Source of the DNA: Tubiluchus corallicola
Lineage: Eukaryota; Animalia; Priapulida
NCBI GenBank assembly: GCA_030141605.1
Contig: JAQGDQ010000170.1
Coordinates: 248,001-312,000, forward strand
DNA length: 64,000 nucleotides
Reading direction: 5' to 3'
Part shown: positions 62,201 through 64,000 of the stretch, piece after piece
Layout: every line of letters starts with the position of its first letter
Position numbering within the stretch: position 1 is the first letter of the stretch
The notes under the pieces: generated by a model
What the model was told of the DNA's origin: nothing
Databases searched by the model: none
What the model saw: the letters and a program-made list of their open reading frames with translations, nothing else
Made by a program: the position numbers and the translations under genes

Positions 62201-63101
62201 AAAAATTAAAAATTATACATTACCCTTCCTTTGTTTCAGTTTCTTCTTTCTTTTCCTCCTTTTTCTCGTCAATACGACATGTATTCACAACTTCCAAGAC
62301 TGATTTCCCGGCAACAAGATTCCACTCCCAGAGCTGCAATGTGTTGTCTTCCAGGAGGGAAATCAAACGGCCCTAAAGAACGTACGTGCTGTATATACAA
62401 TTTATGTTGTCATACTTACCTTATCGAATTAAATGCAAATACATTTACCCTTCTAATGAACGTTACGGCTGAATGTTTAAAAAATGAACTCAAGGCACTC
62501 TACCTTTACTTGATGATTCTAAAATTCAGCTAATTCACATAAACAAAATTCCAATCTCTTAGCACCAAACACTCAGCAAGACTGACATACAGTACATTAC
62601 TTAAATTTATTCAATAAAAAAGAAAGTTTTTGTCATGCTGCAGATCAGATCCAAGATGGAACATCAAGTCCCACCATTATTAGTTATTACAAATGTCTTG
62701 CTTGACACCAATTTACTCAAACACATAATAAAATCCAATCAGATAATATTTTTATACTCAACTATATATGGAATTGAAAATGGAATTTAATTTTGTACAT
62801 TTTACACAACTGAGTGCTGTCGCCATGTGAACTGCAAAAACAGTGAAATTAAAACTAAAACAACATAAAACATGTGGCGTTAGTCTAAACATATTTTGTA
62901 AGAGAAGGCACTGAAACAATCTAGCAGACAGATTGCTGAGTTGCGTACTGGACTAAGCAACTAGATTTTTCACTAAATAAACTTTCAGCTACCTACATAT
63001 GTGAAATAAGCAGACGTACCTGGTTTGGTAAGAAAAGCAGTTTAGTGACACAGACAGACGACTCGCTCTGACCGTAAAATTCTACACCAGGAGCTCCATA
63101 T
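35961..63101 (-). CDS. lgl: Lethal(2) giant larvae homolog (WD40 polarity protein); 24 exons, ~1170 codons in window; 5' end outside window, last exon uncertain
   Basis: Phase-consistent exons encode [122 protein letters not shown]; no R-SNARE seen, so Lgl rather than tomosyn. Confidence 0.96.
36470..36620. repeat. Interspersed repeat remnant
   Basis: TTTTCAAAATGGCC..GGTTTTCAAGGTCAA; the TCAAGGTC/GACCTTGAA core recurs at ~4070, ~4290 and ~51273. Confidence 0.35.
37486..37617 (-). CDS. lgl: lgl acidic tail exon (..[13 protein letters not shown])
   Basis: TTTGCAG|..AA|GTAAGC; 132 nt, phase 2-2. Confidence 0.85.
38733..38882 (-). CDS. lgl: lgl acidic tail exon (..[12 protein letters not shown])
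   Basis: TTCATAG|..GC|GTAAGG; 150 nt, phase 2-2. Confidence 0.85.
39319..39528 (-). CDS. lgl: lgl exon ([30 protein letters not shown])
   Basis: TTGCAG|..AG|GTAATT; conserved Lgl C-domain end. Confidence 0.92.
40238..40358 (-). CDS. lgl: lgl exon ([26 protein letters not shown]..)
   Basis: TTACAG|..CA|GTAAGT. Confidence 0.92.
41263..41319 (-). CDS. lgl: Putative lgl cassette exon ([19 protein letters not shown]), GC donor
   Basis: 57 nt, open, phase 1-1; CAG acceptor, CAG|GCAAG donor; TGCATG at +7. Confidence 0.6.
42086..42191 (-). CDS. lgl: lgl exon ([15 protein letters not shown]..)
   Basis: TTTCAG|..A|GTATGT. Confidence 0.92.
42939..43096 (-). CDS. lgl: lgl exon ([18 protein letters not shown])
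   Basis: TTTAG|..AAG|GTTAGT. Confidence 0.93.
43502..43618 (-). CDS. lgl: lgl exon ([14 protein letters not shown]..)
   Basis: TGTAG|..G|GTATGC. Confidence 0.93.
44138..44258. repeat. (AAT)n microsatellite
   Basis: Directly visible, intronic. Confidence 0.97.
44311..44423 (-). CDS. lgl: lgl exon (..[22 protein letters not shown])
   Basis: GTTTAG|..G|GTGAGT. Confidence 0.92.
45089..45155 (-). CDS. lgl: lgl E/K-rich insert exon
   Basis: TTTCAG|..GG|GTACTA; phase 1 to 2. Confidence 0.8.
45966..46183 (-). CDS. lgl: lgl E/K/A/P-rich insert exon
   Basis: TTTTACAG|..G|GTTAAT; phase 2 to 1. Confidence 0.85.
46486..46636 (-). CDS. lgl: lgl polybasic/aPKC-site exon ([24 protein letters not shown]..), GC donor
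   Basis: TTGTAG|..AG|GCAAGC; only this donor gives the required phase 2. Confidence 0.9.
47261..47546 (-). CDS. lgl: lgl exon ([25 protein letters not shown])
   Basis: TTTTAG|..G|GTTTGT. Confidence 0.92.
47893..48045 (-). CDS. lgl: lgl exon ([17 protein letters not shown]..)
   Basis: CTGCAG|..CAT|GTAAGT. Confidence 0.95.
49058..49199 (-). CDS. lgl: lgl exon ([19 protein letters not shown])
   Basis: TTTTACAG|..AAA|GTGAGC. Confidence 0.95.
49423..49490 (-). CDS. lgl: lgl exon (EWPLSGG..DLLLTG)
   Basis: TATTAG|..GG|GTATTC. Confidence 0.93.
49947..50164 (-). CDS. lgl: lgl exon ([21 protein letters not shown]..)
   Basis: ATTTAG|..AAA|GTATGT. Confidence 0.95.
50323..50471 (-). CDS. lgl: lgl exon ([18 protein letters not shown])
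   Basis: TTTTAAG|..G|GTATCA. Confidence 0.95.
51744..51870. repeat. Degenerate C-rich minisatellite (ATCCCGAAC-like), copy 1
   Basis: Repeated (T)CCCGAAC/CCTGAAC/CCCAAAC units; related tracts at 52535-52657 and inverted at 59163-59250. Confidence 0.6.
52535..52657. repeat. Degenerate C-rich minisatellite, copy 2
   Basis: GAACCTCGATCC..CCCGAACTTCGATCCCGA..CCCGAACCCCGAT. Confidence 0.6.
52680..52731 (-). CDS. lgl: lgl exon ([17 protein letters not shown])
   Basis: TTTTGCAG|..GA|GTAAGT. Confidence 0.93.
54665..54791 (-). CDS. lgl: lgl exon (ELESLSW..SSYADG..TTPYG)
   Basis: TTTTCAG|..G|GTATGT. Confidence 0.93.
55838..55921 (-). CDS. lgl: lgl exon ([14 protein letters not shown]..)
   Basis: TTTTCAG|..CAG|GTACAT. 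Confidence 0.93.
56111..56477 (-). CDS. lgl: lgl exon (acidic insert + [16 protein letters not shown])
   Basis: TTCTGCAG|..AGG|GTATTA; phase 2 to 0. Confidence 0.92.
59163..59250. repeat. Degenerate minisatellite, inverted copy 3
   Basis: TTCGGGA/TTTGGGA/ATCGGGA/GTTCGG units. Confidence 0.5.
59713..59793 (+). repeat. Possible tRNA-derived SINE head
   Basis: GCAGTGGTGTAATGG A-box-like and AAGTTCG B-box-like; no intact cloverleaf. Confidence 0.3.
60340..60640. promoter_or_regulatory. CpG-rich intronic patch with NRF1/EWG-type palindrome
   Basis: GCGCATGCGC at ~60499; CpG-dense relative to flanks; donor-like sites on both strands. Confidence 0.35.
62224..62372 (-). CDS. lgl: lgl exon ([17 protein letters not shown]..)
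   Basis: CTTTAG|..GG|GTAATG. Confidence 0.93.
63020..63101 (-). CDS. lgl: lgl exon ([17 protein letters not shown])
   Basis: AACAG|..CAG|GTACGT; most 5' lgl exon in the window. Confidence 0.93.
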
Positions 63102-64000
63102 CTGTTATAATGTTAATCAAGGAACTAAACAGTCTTAAACATTCCTAGAAGGTTCTGAAATATTGACAATTACAAAATTATATGTCTATGACAAAGGTAG
63201 TAAATCTTCTACTTGTGTCCCCACTGAACAAAAAAGAATTAGTCTAACACACTGCTGAAAATTTTAATACAGGGTGTTCCAAAAGAAACAATGCAATAGA
63301 AATGTGCTGAAATGGTGAAATAAGCTGAAATGATTAAATCACAAAGAAATGAAGTTGAACATGAAGTCATTCAAAGAGATTAGACTATAATAACTGCTGC
63401 AAGTGCATCCATAATTTGATGATATATCCATATTTATAGGACTTTGCACAATGTTACAATGGACGCTTAAATAGCATTTGTCTGTGCACTGTTTCTTTTG
63501 GAGCACGGTTCTATATAATGTCCTAACCTATTATTGTTGGGATATTCATTATTTCTAGTTTGTTTCTACATAAACAAGTCACTTCAAGGAATGTTCGAGT
63601 ACATTACTGATAGCCACTGATCATTTGTGGGTAAATCTAAAGGTACTTCAGTGTTATATTACAATGAAATTTGAAAGAAAAAACTAATGTTAATGCTTAC
63701 TTTATAATATTGTAGACTTGTAGTAGGTATAGTCAGAGAACATATAATAGGCTATCCACTACACAGGAGAAGGAACAATATACATGAAAAGCGTCCCAAG
63801 CCCTGATTGTGCTGTGCCGCTTGGTCATTTGGGGGAGCATGGTAGGAATGTCGTAATTCGTAAATAAACAAGACCAAGAACAATGCCTGTAGTGCATGTT
63901 TCTAAAAAAATTAACCTTTTTATGTGTTGTAGTCCACATAAAATTTATGCGCCACCTAACATATGAAGTGTTTGTTAACCGCCATTTAATTTATAAATTA

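Noticed and set aside
35961-63101. Tomosyn/STXBP5 assignment
   Set aside because: KSLRESF phospho-loop present and no C-terminal R-SNARE domain seen
63733-63939. Candidate upstream lgl exon
   Set aside because: The frame compatible with the next exon has a stop and lacks the expected HGFP..GT motifs; the 5' exons lie beyond the window

Overview
AT-rich, intron-containing eukaryotic DNA, most likely an invertebrate animal; the species cannot be determined from sequence alone. (1) 1-15 kb is repeat-rich and non-genic: palindromic MITE-like elements, a (GA)n run, a LINE 3' fragment, a foldback element built of inverted 16-17 bp tandem arrays, and a frameshifted near-full-length PHD-APE-RT LINE with a 3' stem-loop and (TTA)n tail. 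(2) A divergent pair of genes with intronless CDSs: a secreted cyclase-family metallohydrolase (kynurenine formamidase/isatin hydrolase-like, minus) and phospholipase D1/2 (plus). (3) A lethal(2) giant larvae (lgl) gene on the minus strand. I reconstructed 24 phase-consistent exons (63101 to 35961); the 5' end lies outside the window. It has large acidic inserts, a required GC-AG intron, a probable extra GC-donor cassette exon followed by TGCATG, and Arg at the first aPKC serine position. (4) Most unusual: downstream of the last confident lgl exon is a 412-codon acidic orphan exon bracketed by ~109-bp inverted repeats. It splices in frame to a terminal exon (27348-27202) that lgl could use only in a different frame.
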